Below, in pieces: positions 47,484 through 57,700 of a stretch of DNA of 64,000 nucleotides. The position numbers were made by a program, and so were the translations under genes. Source of the stretch: a virus; the IMG/VR virus record IMGVR_UViG_3300010413_000019, positions 7,682 through 71,681 of that record; one strand, given 5' to 3'. The notes under the pieces were generated by a model. The model worked only from the letters and a program-made list of their open reading frames with translations, did no database searches and was not told where the DNA came from. Each line of letters begins with the position of its first letter. Within the stretch, counting starts at the first letter, position 1.

Positions 47484-49834
47484 TGTCAGATATCGAAGTC
47501 CAGGTACCTGACGGGTCTACCGCAGAGGGAACCAATGTAGACATCACCACCGGTGAAGCTATCGTTCCGGAAGTAGTCGAGCCTGCCTACCGTGTTGGGA
47601 TCCAACCGCGTAACTTCGTTATCTCTACCCACGGTCTATACTCCGGAGCTGGGGCAAGTATTCCTGCTTGGCTCTCTGAAGCTCTTGCCAGCGAGATTGC
47701 CAAAGGTACCGATGATATCAATGCTCTCTCCACTGAACTTGATACCACAATCAACAACTATCAAACCGGTGTCAATCAGCAGGTAGCACTCCTGCAGGCC
47801 GAGGACCTGAGACAGGATGGTCTGCTCACTACGGTCAATACCAAGGTGGACAACAATCATACAGCTGTAGTCAATGAACTGGCGACAAAGACAACGTCGG
47901 CAGAAGTGGAAGCTACAGCCTCTACCCTGATCGCCGCACAGTTCAACAACGGTGATTCATCATCTTGGTTCGCAAGTCAGATCCAGACATACTCCGATGA
48001 CATCCAAGCACATGCTTCTGATATCAGCGCTCTTGTCAGCACTGTCAATGATCCCGTTACCGGTGTTCCAGCTACAGGTATAAGACTTGATTCGGTTGAT
48101 TCAACTTTAGCAGGACACTTCCATGTATGGGATGGTATTGAAGCAGTTAAAATCGGTATGATCAAGTTTATCGGTAGTATTCAGTATCAGTACCTCGGCG
48201 GAAACCTTGGTGAGGGTGGTGATGGCTGGGTCCGTACTGACTATCAGGCAAGCCAGGATATCTCTGCCCTGTCAGCAGCGGTAACCGCGGATATTGACGC
48301 ATTGCAGGCCCAGATCGATAATGCTATCACTACTTGGTTCGATGACTATACGCCCGATAATACAACTGAGCCTTGGCTCACATGGTTGAACACCGATACC
48401 ACGAATGGTGACACAGTAGAGCAGGATAACCACACTGGAGATATTTTCTATGACACTAGTACTGGTTATGGTTATCGATTTACCAAGGTAGCCAGTGTCT
48501 TCTCATGGGAGTTGATCACAGACAATGCCATTACACAAGCTTTGGCTGCAGCATCAAATGCACAAACCACTGCTGATGGTAAGGCCACTGTTTACTACCA
48601 AGCTACGGCACCGACCGGTCTTACTGCCGCCGATACAGGTGATCGCTGGATCAATAGTGATACCGACCTGGAAAGAGCATGGGATGGTACAACCTGGATC
48701 GATATAACGAATGCCACTGCGGATCAAGCATCGGGATGGGCAGCCGGGGCATCCAAGATGATCACCGACGTAGATGGTAATGTAACTGGTTGGTCTTTCG
48801 GGGATGGTTCGAATGTCAATTCGACCTTCAAAATTGCTGCGGACAAGTTTGAGATCGGTAATGGTTCAGCCAATCCAGTTGTGCCATTCCAAGTCAATAT
48901 TACAGACCCGCTCAATCCAATCATTACCTTTACTGGTGTGACCCTGTTTAATGATTACCTAACAGCAGGACAGACCACTATTGACGGATCCAAACTCACA
49001 ACTGGTACAGTTACAGCCGATGTCGTTGTTGCTAATGCCTCTATAAGTGCACCGGTGATCAGCGGTGGTACTATTGCCGGCGCTCGAATTGAAGGTGTTA
49101 ACATTATCGGGTCGGTTATCAAAAGTTCCTGGATCGACTATACCACATCCGGTGAGCTGACAAACTGGCAGCAGTATACCTTGGCTGACTACCCGACAGC
49201 CTATGAAGCCAACTTTGCTCATGATAATGCTACAGGTACACTGGTTGAAGATGCTCAGGGTTATGTCCGTCTACAAGGATTCCTTACGGTCTATTCCCAG
49301 AATAACCCAGAGACAATCCGGGTAAACAGCTCCGCAACGTATTCATTTACAAACGGGGATTTGGTATCAAGTTACGATAACTATTTGACCGATAACACAA
49401 ACCGTACAGTTAACCAAACTGCCCGTTTTGAGTGCGACACTCTCGGAACTTTTAGGAGCTATACATATAACAACGGTAGTAGTAATAACTATGCCTTTGG
49501 TCCTGCAACTGAGACCTTCGTATGTAATGGACATGCTGTTTCGATATATATGTGGTATGACGGCACCAATCATTATCAAGTAAGTGTGGACTCTGTCCTA
49601 AAGATCGACCATTCAGGCAGTGCCTTATGGTCACAAACTCTGGTGATCGGTGGTATTACCGTTCAGTTTGGTAGTAACGGTGTTCAGCTACCTGTTCAAA
49701 ATGTCGTTATAACTAAGGCAAGCCAGGAGAACTCTATTTTCCATTCATGGACATGGCAGACTGACGGCCTGGGTGCTGATTATGACGTGAACATGAAAAT
49801 AGAGTTCCCATTATTCAAACTGACACCACCTTAA
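47483..49834 (+). CDS. tail / host-specificity protein
   Basis: Coiled coil, AQTTADGK...Y....P.....GD.W repeats, F.I.ADKF.I (gpJ C-terminal-like), variable AT-richer C-terminus. Confidence 0.75.
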   Translation: MSDIEVQVPDGSTAEGTNVDITTGEAIVPEVVEPAYRVGIQPRNFVISTHGLYSGAGASIPAWLSEALASEIAKGTDDINALSTELDTTINNYQTGVNQQVALLQAEDLRQDGLLTTVNTKVDNNHTAVVNELATKTTSAEVEATASTLIAAQFNNGDSSSWFASQIQTYSDDIQAHASDISALVSTVNDPVTGVPATGIRLDSVDSTLAGHFHVWDGIEAVKIGMIKFIGSIQYQYLGGNLGEGGDGWVRTDYQASQDISALSAAVTADIDALQAQIDNAITTWFDDYTPDNTTEPWLTWLNTDTTNGDTVEQDNHTGDIFYDTSTGYGYRFTKVASVFSWELITDNAITQALAAASNAQTTADGKATVYYQATAPTGLTAADTGDRWINSDTDLERAWDGTTWIDITNATADQASGWAAGASKMITDVDGNVTGWSFGDGSNVNSTFKIAADKFEIGNGSANPVVPFQVNITDPLNPIITFTGVTLFNDYLTAGQTTIDGSKLTTGTVTADVVVANASISAPVISGGTIAGARIEGVNIIGSVIKSSWIDYTTSGELTNWQQYTLADYPTAYEANFAHDNATGTLVEDAQGYVRLQGFLTVYSQNNPETIRVNSSATYSFTNGDLVSSYDNYLTDNTNRTVNQTARFECDTLGTFRSYTYNNGSSNNYAFGPATETFVCNGHAVSIYMWYDGTNHYQVSVDSVLKIDHSGSALWSQTLVIGGITVQFGSNGVQLPVQNVVITKASQENSIFHSWTWQTDGLGADYDVNMKIEFPLFKLTPP

Positions 49835-49869
49835 TAACAGGCTGGGTTAATTAAACATAAGGAGTTTTA

Positions 49870-50715
49870 ATGGCAGTACAAACATACGTTAAAGAAGCCA
49901 GCGTTAACCCGCTGGAGGTGATTAAACATTACAATACTTTGATGCAGGAGTCGGCTGGAGCTGACAGCCTTTATATCAGAACCAAAGAGACACTGGATGC
50001 GTTCCTAGCCAAGTCGACCATTCCTATGAATGAGCGTGCCAACATCCTGAGTCAGGCACTGGTACAGATGACTACGAGCATCACGGCTCAGGCTATGACC
50101 ACAGCGGTTGCCATTGCCCGTGAAGATCGTGTCGGTGTATACGAGCTGACCAAACTCCGTGAGGATACTCTCTTGGTTCAAGCACAACGTGACAAGCTCA
50201 ACCGGGATGAGCAGGACGATCATGATCTTAAAGCAGCTCAGATCCAGGATATGGTCATCAAAGGCTGGAAGATCCAGTCTGATATGAGAAGTGAGAATGG
50301 TACCACTGTTGTTGGTCTTACGACTACAGCCAATGCGATCCTTCCTGCGAACGCATTCCAGAGTCAAGGTATCAAGTACGAGCAAGAGCAGCAAATCAAA
50401 GCATCTGTCTATGCTACCTTCGCCAAGTCTTACCGTGAGTCTGGCGTTATCTCTTGGACACTCGATGGTGTTACCGGTAAAGTCACTGCGATGACTGATC
50501 TCGATAACACTAATCCGGGTCTTACCAAAGCCCAGGAGAATGTGGCTATCCGTCAAGAGAAAGCATTCGATGACAACATGGTTCAGCACTCTGCGAACAG
50601 CTCGGCCAACATGATCGGTCTACTGTTGAGCGCAGAACAAGCAGGTGTCCTTACAGCAGCGGATGCTGATCGCTGGAGAACTGCACTGACTTACCTAAAC
50701 ACTCCGACAATCTAA
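49870..50715 (+). CDS. virion structural protein (gp54-like position)
   Basis: Helical late protein; synteny. Confidence 0.6.
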   Translation: MAVQTYVKEASVNPLEVIKHYNTLMQESAGADSLYIRTKETLDAFLAKSTIPMNERANILSQALVQMTTSITAQAMTTAVAIAREDRVGVYELTKLREDTLLVQAQRDKLNRDEQDDHDLKAAQIQDMVIKGWKIQSDMRSENGTTVVGLTTTANAILPANAFQSQGIKYEQEQQIKASVYATFAKSYRESGVISWTLDGVTGKVTAMTDLDNTNPGLTKAQENVAIRQEKAFDDNMVQHSANSSANMIGLLLSAEQAGVLTAADADRWRTALTYLNTPTI

Positions 50716-52445
50716 TGTATCTAGTCTTTGACCTGGCAGCCCCCCTTGCCGGGGCATATTGGACGAATACAAGGATGAAGAATAAGATCCTCATGCATTG
50801 GCCACGTAAGACTGTAGATGATGTAGAGGTCTTCGATAAGCTCTACTACTACAACGGTTCAGTTATAGACGATAATGCCCACCGCCAGCTCTATGCCCTA
50901 TTTGGAACCAGTGTGGCTCAATTTCAGTCAGCTGACTATAGCGGAGTTGATAAGGCCTGGATTGCCCTTGAATGGCTCGGCACTCCTGGGCAGGATGCAT
51001 CTGTCTCGGATGCGATCGGGTATGTTAATGCCAACTCAGTACTGAACGAGACTTATACCATTGATATGAGATACACCCGGACCGTTAAAAATGTGTCCTC
51101 CGCATTGACATCGGCTGAACTTGAGTCTTTGGTTCTTTCTGGGCATGAGGCTGTCGAGCCTGACACCGGGACAAAACTGTACTTCAGTACGAATGGTGGT
51201 ATCGAGTATGAACACGCAGATTACCCTCTCGGGTTCATGGCTATCATGGACAGTAGTAATGTGCTGTTTGACCGTACTGCAAGGGTTCTTTCACGTAGTG
51301 TAAATAGGGTGAGCAACCGTAGTAATGTTAAATACGCTGTTGAAGCTAATATCCGATTCGAGTTTACTCGTAAGATAGATCCGGCTGACCCGGCAGTGGA
51401 TGCTTTTTTGAGCATGGTGGCTGCCTATGCCTCCGATCGGTATCGGTCTCTTTATACAATTAGCAACACAAAGCAGAAGCAGCCAGTTGTAATTGCCAAT
51501 TTTACCTTTGACAAGAACATGCTGACCTTCGCCCAATACAGTATGAACTTTGCTGATGATGGACTGTCGTATAAAGGTGATGTCACTGTCGCTGGTTTCA
51601 CGAGCCTGAAAAAGAAACAACTCCCCGAATTCATGCGTAAAGCTGTGAAGAGTGATTACTCCGAGACAGGTGATGATGGGTGGTCAATGTTCCTGACCTT
51701 TGTGGTATTCGTTATAGCGATGATCGTTGCCGCGTATTCCGGAGGTACTTCTCTTGTGGCTTTCCTCAAAGCGTTCTCTTACACCTTAACAGTGAGCACT
51801 CTGATCCTATCGGCTGCAGCGTATGCGTTCCAGCGGAACGGGTATACTGGTTACGCGATGATCATTGGTAGAGCTGTCGTGACCCTCATGCCGATACTCA
51901 CCGTAGTAAGCTTTATTCTGATGCTTAGCGGACTTGTTTCCGCGATTACAGCGATCAAGGAGAGTGCACAGAAGATTGCGGCCGAGGCTGCTGCGGAGAC
52001 TTCCGCCCAAGTCGGTACTGAAGCTCTGACAGATGCTGCTACTAATACAGTGATGTCATCAACTCTTGAGACCTTGGCTACAGTTGCACCTGAACAGGTG
52101 GCTCCATCATTCTCGGATTACGCGACGGCTATCATTGAGAAAGTGAGTGTCGGTACTGGAAGTCTCTTTACAGAGTTGAGTACCACTGAGCTGCTGACTA
52201 AAGCGATGAATGCTCTGAATACTGCGTTCAACATCTATGCTAAGTATATTGCCCCGGTAGAGAGCCCAGGAACCCCACCAGAGGAGGTACCACCGGACAA
52301 TGTAGATACACCTGAGCTGGTACAGGCTGATTTTGACAGTTATATGTTCTTGGAGTTGAATGAGAGGATGGACTCAATGCCTGATGCATTGACCCAGGGG
52401 CTGATAGACAATACTTTCAACAAGTACTACCACGGGGCAGCCTAA
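50715..52445 (+). CDS. virion protein with multiple TM segments (gp53-like, possible ejection channel)
   Basis: Three hydrophobic segments in the C-terminal half; synteny upstream of the ejection proteins. Confidence 0.6.
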   Translation: MYLVFDLAAPLAGAYWTNTRMKNKILMHWPRKTVDDVEVFDKLYYYNGSVIDDNAHRQLYALFGTSVAQFQSADYSGVDKAWIALEWLGTPGQDASVSDAIGYVNANSVLNETYTIDMRYTRTVKNVSSALTSAELESLVLSGHEAVEPDTGTKLYFSTNGGIEYEHADYPLGFMAIMDSSNVLFDRTARVLSRSVNRVSNRSNVKYAVEANIRFEFTRKIDPADPAVDAFLSMVAAYASDRYRSLYTISNTKQKQPVVIANFTFDKNMLTFAQYSMNFADDGLSYKGDVTVAGFTSLKKKQLPEFMRKAVKSDYSETGDDGWSMFLTFVVFVIAMIVAAYSGGTSLVAFLKAFSYTLTVSTLILSAAAYAFQRNGYTGYAMIIGRAVVTLMPILTVVSFILMLSGLVSAITAIKESAQKIAAEAAAETSAQVGTEALTDAATNTVMSSTLETLATVAPEQVAPSFSDYATAIIEKVSVGTGSLFTELSTTELLTKAMNALNTAFNIYAKYIAPVESPGTPPEEVPPDNVDTPELVQADFDSYMFLELNERMDSMPDALTQGLIDNTFNKYYHGAA

Positions 52446-52822
52446 CGGAGGTTGACATCGTAGTTCTTGGTGGAGTAGGTCTTCTGCATCTCAACGCCTG
52501 ATCCGACCATCGCTCTGTTGAGTGATCCGATCGAGGCTTTGCGTTCGGCTTTTTGCTTTTTGATATACGCTACCTGTTCCGGGTGCAATGGTTTAAACAC
52601 TTTGGGGGTGTACGGGTCCGACTCACTGGTCACCCAGATACCATCACTGTTTTTACACACCACTCCAGGATATGAGGGATGCGCACGGTTTTGGATAGTG
52701 TAACTGACGGCACACTCTTCAGAAAGGTTGTAGTAATACCCATCGTTTCCGACAGTAAGTTCGGGTCCGGTGGCACAACCAATCAGAAGCAGTGCCGGCA
52801 GTGTCATAATGATCCATTTCAT
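52442..52822 (-). CDS. lipoprotein, counter-oriented moron (superinfection-exclusion candidate)
   Basis: MKWIIMTLPALLLIGC lipobox, AAAGGAG RBS, own TGnTATAAT promoter at 52883-52891 on the minus strand. Confidence 0.75.
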   Translation of the reverse strand: MKWIIMTLPALLLIGCATGPELTVGNDGYYYNLSEECAVSYTIQNRAHPSYPGVVCKNSDGIWVTSESDPYTPKVFKPLHPEQVAYIKKQKAERKASIGSLNRAMVGSGVEMQKTYSTKNYDVNLR

Positions 52823-52914
52823 ATAAACTCCTTTTCCTGATTATACTGTAAAAAATTTGATTACAGGTTGGGTTAAGGTATAATTATAACAGAAAATAAC
52901 AACGGAGGTGAACA

Positions 52915-53331
52915 ATGAGTGGACAGTACAGCACTCTTGATAATCTGAATCTAGTCAACGGGCAGACACCGATGATTTCCTACGACTCTCTTATGGGCTA
53001 TGGTCCTAAGCCGGTAGCTTCGACCGGGACTAATCTTGGTCCGACAGTAGCGAATCTGGATGCTGCCAAGAATCTGGGTATCGACCTGAATAACCCGAAT
53101 CCTAATACCAACGGGATGGATTGGGGGATGAACGGCTATGGCGGTCTGGCTCTCGGTGGCGGTCAACTGGCTCTCGGTTTGCTAAGCTATCTCGACAACC
53201 GTAAGATGGCCGGGCAGCAACGTAAACTCATGGACCAGCAGATGTCCAACAATGACTATGTCATGAGTAAGCGTCGTGCCAATGATGCTGCACTGGCTAA
53301 AGCCTTTGGCAGCTACAACCCTAAGCTCTAA
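52915..53331 (+). CDS. internal virion/ejection protein (gp52-like)
   Basis: Gly-rich hydrophobic helix GGLALGGGQLALG then a Gln/Asn coil; no Cys. Confidence 0.65.
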   Translation: MSGQYSTLDNLNLVNGQTPMISYDSLMGYGPKPVASTGTNLGPTVANLDAAKNLGIDLNNPNPNTNGMDWGMNGYGGLALGGGQLALGLLSYLDNRKMAGQQRKLMDQQMSNNDYVMSKRRANDAALAKAFGSYNPKL

Positions 53332-53339
53332 GGTAGACT

Positions 53340-54698
53340 ATGTCCGGATTGCAATTAAACTTTAACCGGGGTGCACAGGTTGATCCTTACAAAGGTATCA
53401 GTGATGCTCTTGGTTCAAACGGGGGTATTGCCAGAATGCTCATGGCTCGAGACGCTAAGATTGCCGCAGACAAGGCAGCAGCGGATCGTGCTAAAGAGAT
53501 CCTGTCAAACCGCGAGTTCCAGATGAACCAGAACGCGCTGAACCGGGAACAGCAGCTCACCCTGTCGAACAACCAGATCGATGCCGCTAACCTACGTCAT
53601 GCAGAAAGCATTGATCAGATGCGTGAGTCGGAGGCCAACAGAGAGAGGCAGCGTGGTTTTGAGCGTGGTCAGATCTACCTGAATGACCAGGCTGATGCTG
53701 CGGCTGAACGCACAAAGCAAGCTCTTCTGTCTACACCAAACTACACGACCACTGAAGAAGTATCTACTGTGGCCGGTCCTGACGGCAGTGCACTGCGTAC
53801 TTTCAGAAACGATGGTGAAGCCCTACGGAACCTTGATAATCTTGGTTCACAGGCAGGTAACGAGTACAACGCCATCGAGAAGAAAGCTCAGGCACTTGGC
53901 TATGGTCGTAATGCTGATGGGAGTTATGCTCTACCTTCCAACGATGCTCTGAAGCTTGCGTTCAATAAGAAGATGGGTTACGGTAATACCTCCCTGATCC
54001 AGGATGTCAAAGGTGTGGCGGGTGAAGCTGGTCAGACTATGCTGAGACTTCCTACCTTGGCTCCAAGAGTAGTATCTACCGCGGCCAAAGATGCATACGA
54101 TACTGTCAACATGACAGAGAATGAAAAGCTGCAGGCTGCGCTGAACCCTAAAGCTGAACCAAAAGGTCCTATGACTTTCGAGGATTATAAGGCGCAGCAA
54201 CAGGCTGATGTTGATAAGCTCAATGAGTCTCTCAGCCGGTTCTATAACCGCTACGATGACCGGGGGCTCTTGAAGAACGACAAGGTAGCCCAGGATGTCA
54301 CCGCTACCGCGGAGAAGAAGAATTACATGAGTGATACCGAGTATGCGGGTCTTGCAAAGAACATGGTTGATGAGCAGATCGCAAACTATAAGAAAAACCA
54401 TAAGGGTCGTATCTCCAACAGGGTTGAGACCAGAATCCGTAAAGCAGCGAATACTCAGGTTGATAAACTTGTAGCTGAGAGAAAAGCATCTGAAACAGCA
54501 TCTGCAGCTCTTAAAGGTAAGATCACCTATGAAGCAGCGGTCAAGTCTATCGATGCCAAGATCAAAGCTGCCCAGGGTCAAGAGAAACAGGAGTTTGAAC
54601 TTGAGAAACTTGCCCTCGAGAATGAGTTCAAGAAGCAGCAAGAGCTATTCAAGCAGAGTACCAAGTACGATATGGCCCATAAGGATGACTGGTTTTAA
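53340..54698 (+). CDS. internal virion/ejection protein (gp51-like)
   Basis: Ala/Gln-rich helical, no Cys, directly upstream of vRNAP. Confidence 0.65.
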   Translation: MSGLQLNFNRGAQVDPYKGISDALGSNGGIARMLMARDAKIAADKAAADRAKEILSNREFQMNQNALNREQQLTLSNNQIDAANLRHAESIDQMRESEANRERQRGFERGQIYLNDQADAAAERTKQALLSTPNYTTTEEVSTVAGPDGSALRTFRNDGEALRNLDNLGSQAGNEYNAIEKKAQALGYGRNADGSYALPSNDALKLAFNKKMGYGNTSLIQDVKGVAGEAGQTMLRLPTLAPRVVSTAAKDAYDTVNMTENEKLQAALNPKAEPKGPMTFEDYKAQQQADVDKLNESLSRFYNRYDDRGLLKNDKVAQDVTATAEKKNYMSDTEYAGLAKNMVDEQIANYKKNHKGRISNRVETRIRKAANTQVDKLVAERKASETASAALKGKITYEAAVKSIDAKIKAAQGQEKQEFELEKLALENEFKKQQELFKQSTKYDMAHKDDWF

Positions 54699-54776
54699 TC
54701 AGCATCTTCTAAATAACAAGATTTAACATAATCTAACATGGTATAATTCTATTAATAGACTAATAGGATTGTACTC

Positions 54777-57700
54777 ATGCCAGACCCTTTTCTACCAGAA
54801 CTCGATATCACTGTAGCCAAGGCTATTGCCGATGCCGATCAGATGCTTAAAAACAGCGGTTTTGATGTCCCTTCGATCGCTACTCCCAGTCCTGTCATCC
54901 AAGATGGCGATACCATTGATAACAAGCGTATCATGGGTTACGACACAGCCGAGTCCTTCAAATCTGATAAGGCCCAGCGTATCCTAGACCAGTACGGTCT
55001 GGACCTTGATCAACAGAAGGCTCTCGGTCTTGCCGGTAAGGATCACCTGAAGGAACTGCTCAAGAACCCGGAATACTCCCAGTTTGAAGACAAGGGTTTC
55101 GGTGCGATGGGTCGTAGACTCACGCAGAACGATCCACTTGCAGAGAAGATGATCTCTGACGGGTTCGCGGTTCCTACCGATCGCTATGATCCAAAGAAGC
55201 AGGAACTCTATCGTAGAGCGGTGGAGAAAGAGACCAACCTATTTGGAACCAACCGGGAAGAGATGGAATCCCTTCGTCAATACAACATTGACCGACAGAA
55301 GCCGGGATACCTATCACGTACAGGTGAGTCGGTCGATGCATTCCAGTCCGGTGCGGTCCAAGCGGTAGGTAAGCTCGGGGACTTCGTAACAGATGTCGTG
55401 GCATGGGGAGCTGATAAGACTGGTTCCAAGAAGTTTGCCAAGTTCATGGATGAATCCTTCGAAAAGATGTCATCCAGTGAGTACGCCGATAAAGTGACCG
55501 GGTTCGATAGACGTGAGGCCAACTTTGCTATGGCCGAAGCCACACACCAGTGGAAGACCGGTGACTACGCAGGAGCGCTGAAGACAGCCCTGACAACTCC
55601 TGAGGTTGTTGCCGAGTCACTCCCTCTCATGATAGAGATGATGGTAGGTGGCGGTAAAGCCAAAGAGGGTCTTACCGGTGTCAAGCGTCTGGGCAGTTAC
55701 CTCAAAGCCAACTCCGGTCTAGCAGCGGTAATCGGTCAAGAGACCAATGCCCAAGCAGAAGAGTACGAGACTCTCCACGGTGAGAAACCAAATGCTGTCA
55801 AGCTGGCTCAGATGACTGCGATGAACACTGTGATGTTCAGCCTTGACCGTCTCACATTCAAACAGATCACCGGACTAAAAGACGGACTCAAGAGTGCAGC
55901 TCAAGCATTGCCCGACTCCACCAAGATGGAGATCATGAAGAAGGCGATAGCTCTAACTGCATCTACTGGTTCGGCTATGGCAAAAGAGGGTGCACAGGAG
56001 TATGTCCAGACATGGGGTGAGATCCTCAATGTCCAAGCCGGTACAGACCTCGACTCATACATGAAAGTCCTCAACGATGAGGAAGCACAGCGTGAGGCTC
56101 TTACTGGAGGTATCATGGGTGCCGGAGCCGGTGGTCAGATACATCTCGGAGCCAAGGCAGTCAAAGGTACTGTTGATACCGTATCCCAGAAGGTCGATGA
56201 AACTGTCAAGGAGATCGAGAACACTGATAAGCAAGTGACCGGTACGGCGCCAAGCTATGACCCGGTAACCTCTATGACTCCATTCCTTGATGCAGACCCA
56301 AAGACAATGTCATCTGTAGAGAAGACACAGTTTGTAGCAGCAGGTCAAGAGGAGCTGGGTAAGGCACTCGACTACTACGATACCATCGTTGATGATAACC
56401 CGGAGCTTGCCCAGGAGATACTGACCAAAGCCCAGGACCTGATGAAGGTCACCCAGGATATCGCCGAAGTAGACAATGTGACCAAAGAGGCAGTAGCACA
56501 GGATGACAAAGAGGCTGTAGATCGTACCTTTGGTTCTATCCAGTTGAACATGAACGTGCCGGTCGATACCGCGGAGACAATGCTCAACAGTAGCCACCTC
56601 GATGAATCGCAGAAGGCATCACTCAGCAACTACATCGAGCGCAAGAACATCTACGAGCGACTCAAAGGTATGGGTGCTGTAAGTGAAGAAGTCATGAGTG
56701 GTAAAGACAGCCACTTCAAAGGACTTGACCGTTTCATCCCGGATATCCAGAACGCACTCAAGTATTCGGACGGACCGGAGAAGGCTGCATCACTGGCCAA
56801 CAAGTTTGCCACGTTTGCCGAGCAGCGTGTCCGTAAGTACAACGCAGTCAAAGACCTGTATGAAAAATCCAAGACAGAAGGACCACAAGTATATGAGCAA
56901 AAAGGCTTCAAACCTCTCGTTATCTCGGCTGTTGCAGACACTGCGCAAGGCATCAAGAACAGTTCTAAACTGGTTGAGCAGATCAAGCTCGAGATGGAAT
57001 ACTCTCAATCGATTAAAAAAGAGATTGACCGAATTGTACCGGATGCGTCAAAAGCTGGTGCGGGAGATAACCAACCGCATCTTCCAGAAGTAGACTTTGC
57101 CGGTCTTGACTCTACCAAAGAGTACAAGGCTGCAGATATCCGCGGCACCGTAGAAGATCTACTCCGCAACCCTTCCAAGTATCCTGACAGTCCTACCAAG
57201 ACCCAGTTCATCCAGAACAACAGTAAAGTGATCAATGAGATCGCCCGCGATATGAAGAAGTCACCTGAAGCCGATACGACCGGAAACCCTGCGAAGGAGC
57301 CTGCGACTGAAGCAAAGGGTGAGACGGGAGTGGAGGCGAAGGCAGAGACCAAAAAAGAAGCCTCTAAGAAGCCCGTAGAGCCTCAGAAAGCTCCACAGGA
57401 GAAAATGGTCGAGGAGAAAGTTTCTGAGCCTTCTGAGCCTGTCTCTGAGCCGGAGGTTAAGGCTAAGCCTTCCGTTGGAAGTAAGCTCCTGACAAACACG
57501 ATGAAGAATACCGGTGTGAAGGGTGGAGCAGAGATTGCCATCACCAACTGGTTCGAACCAAAGAACAGGGAGTCCAAGTTTGCCGAGGGTGATAACATCT
57601 TTGCCGTTGACTCTCTGGATCCGCAGTTGCAGAACACAATGCTCAAACAGTTCAACATGTTCAAGAACACCTTCAACAACCGTGTTGCTGCGGTGCTTCA

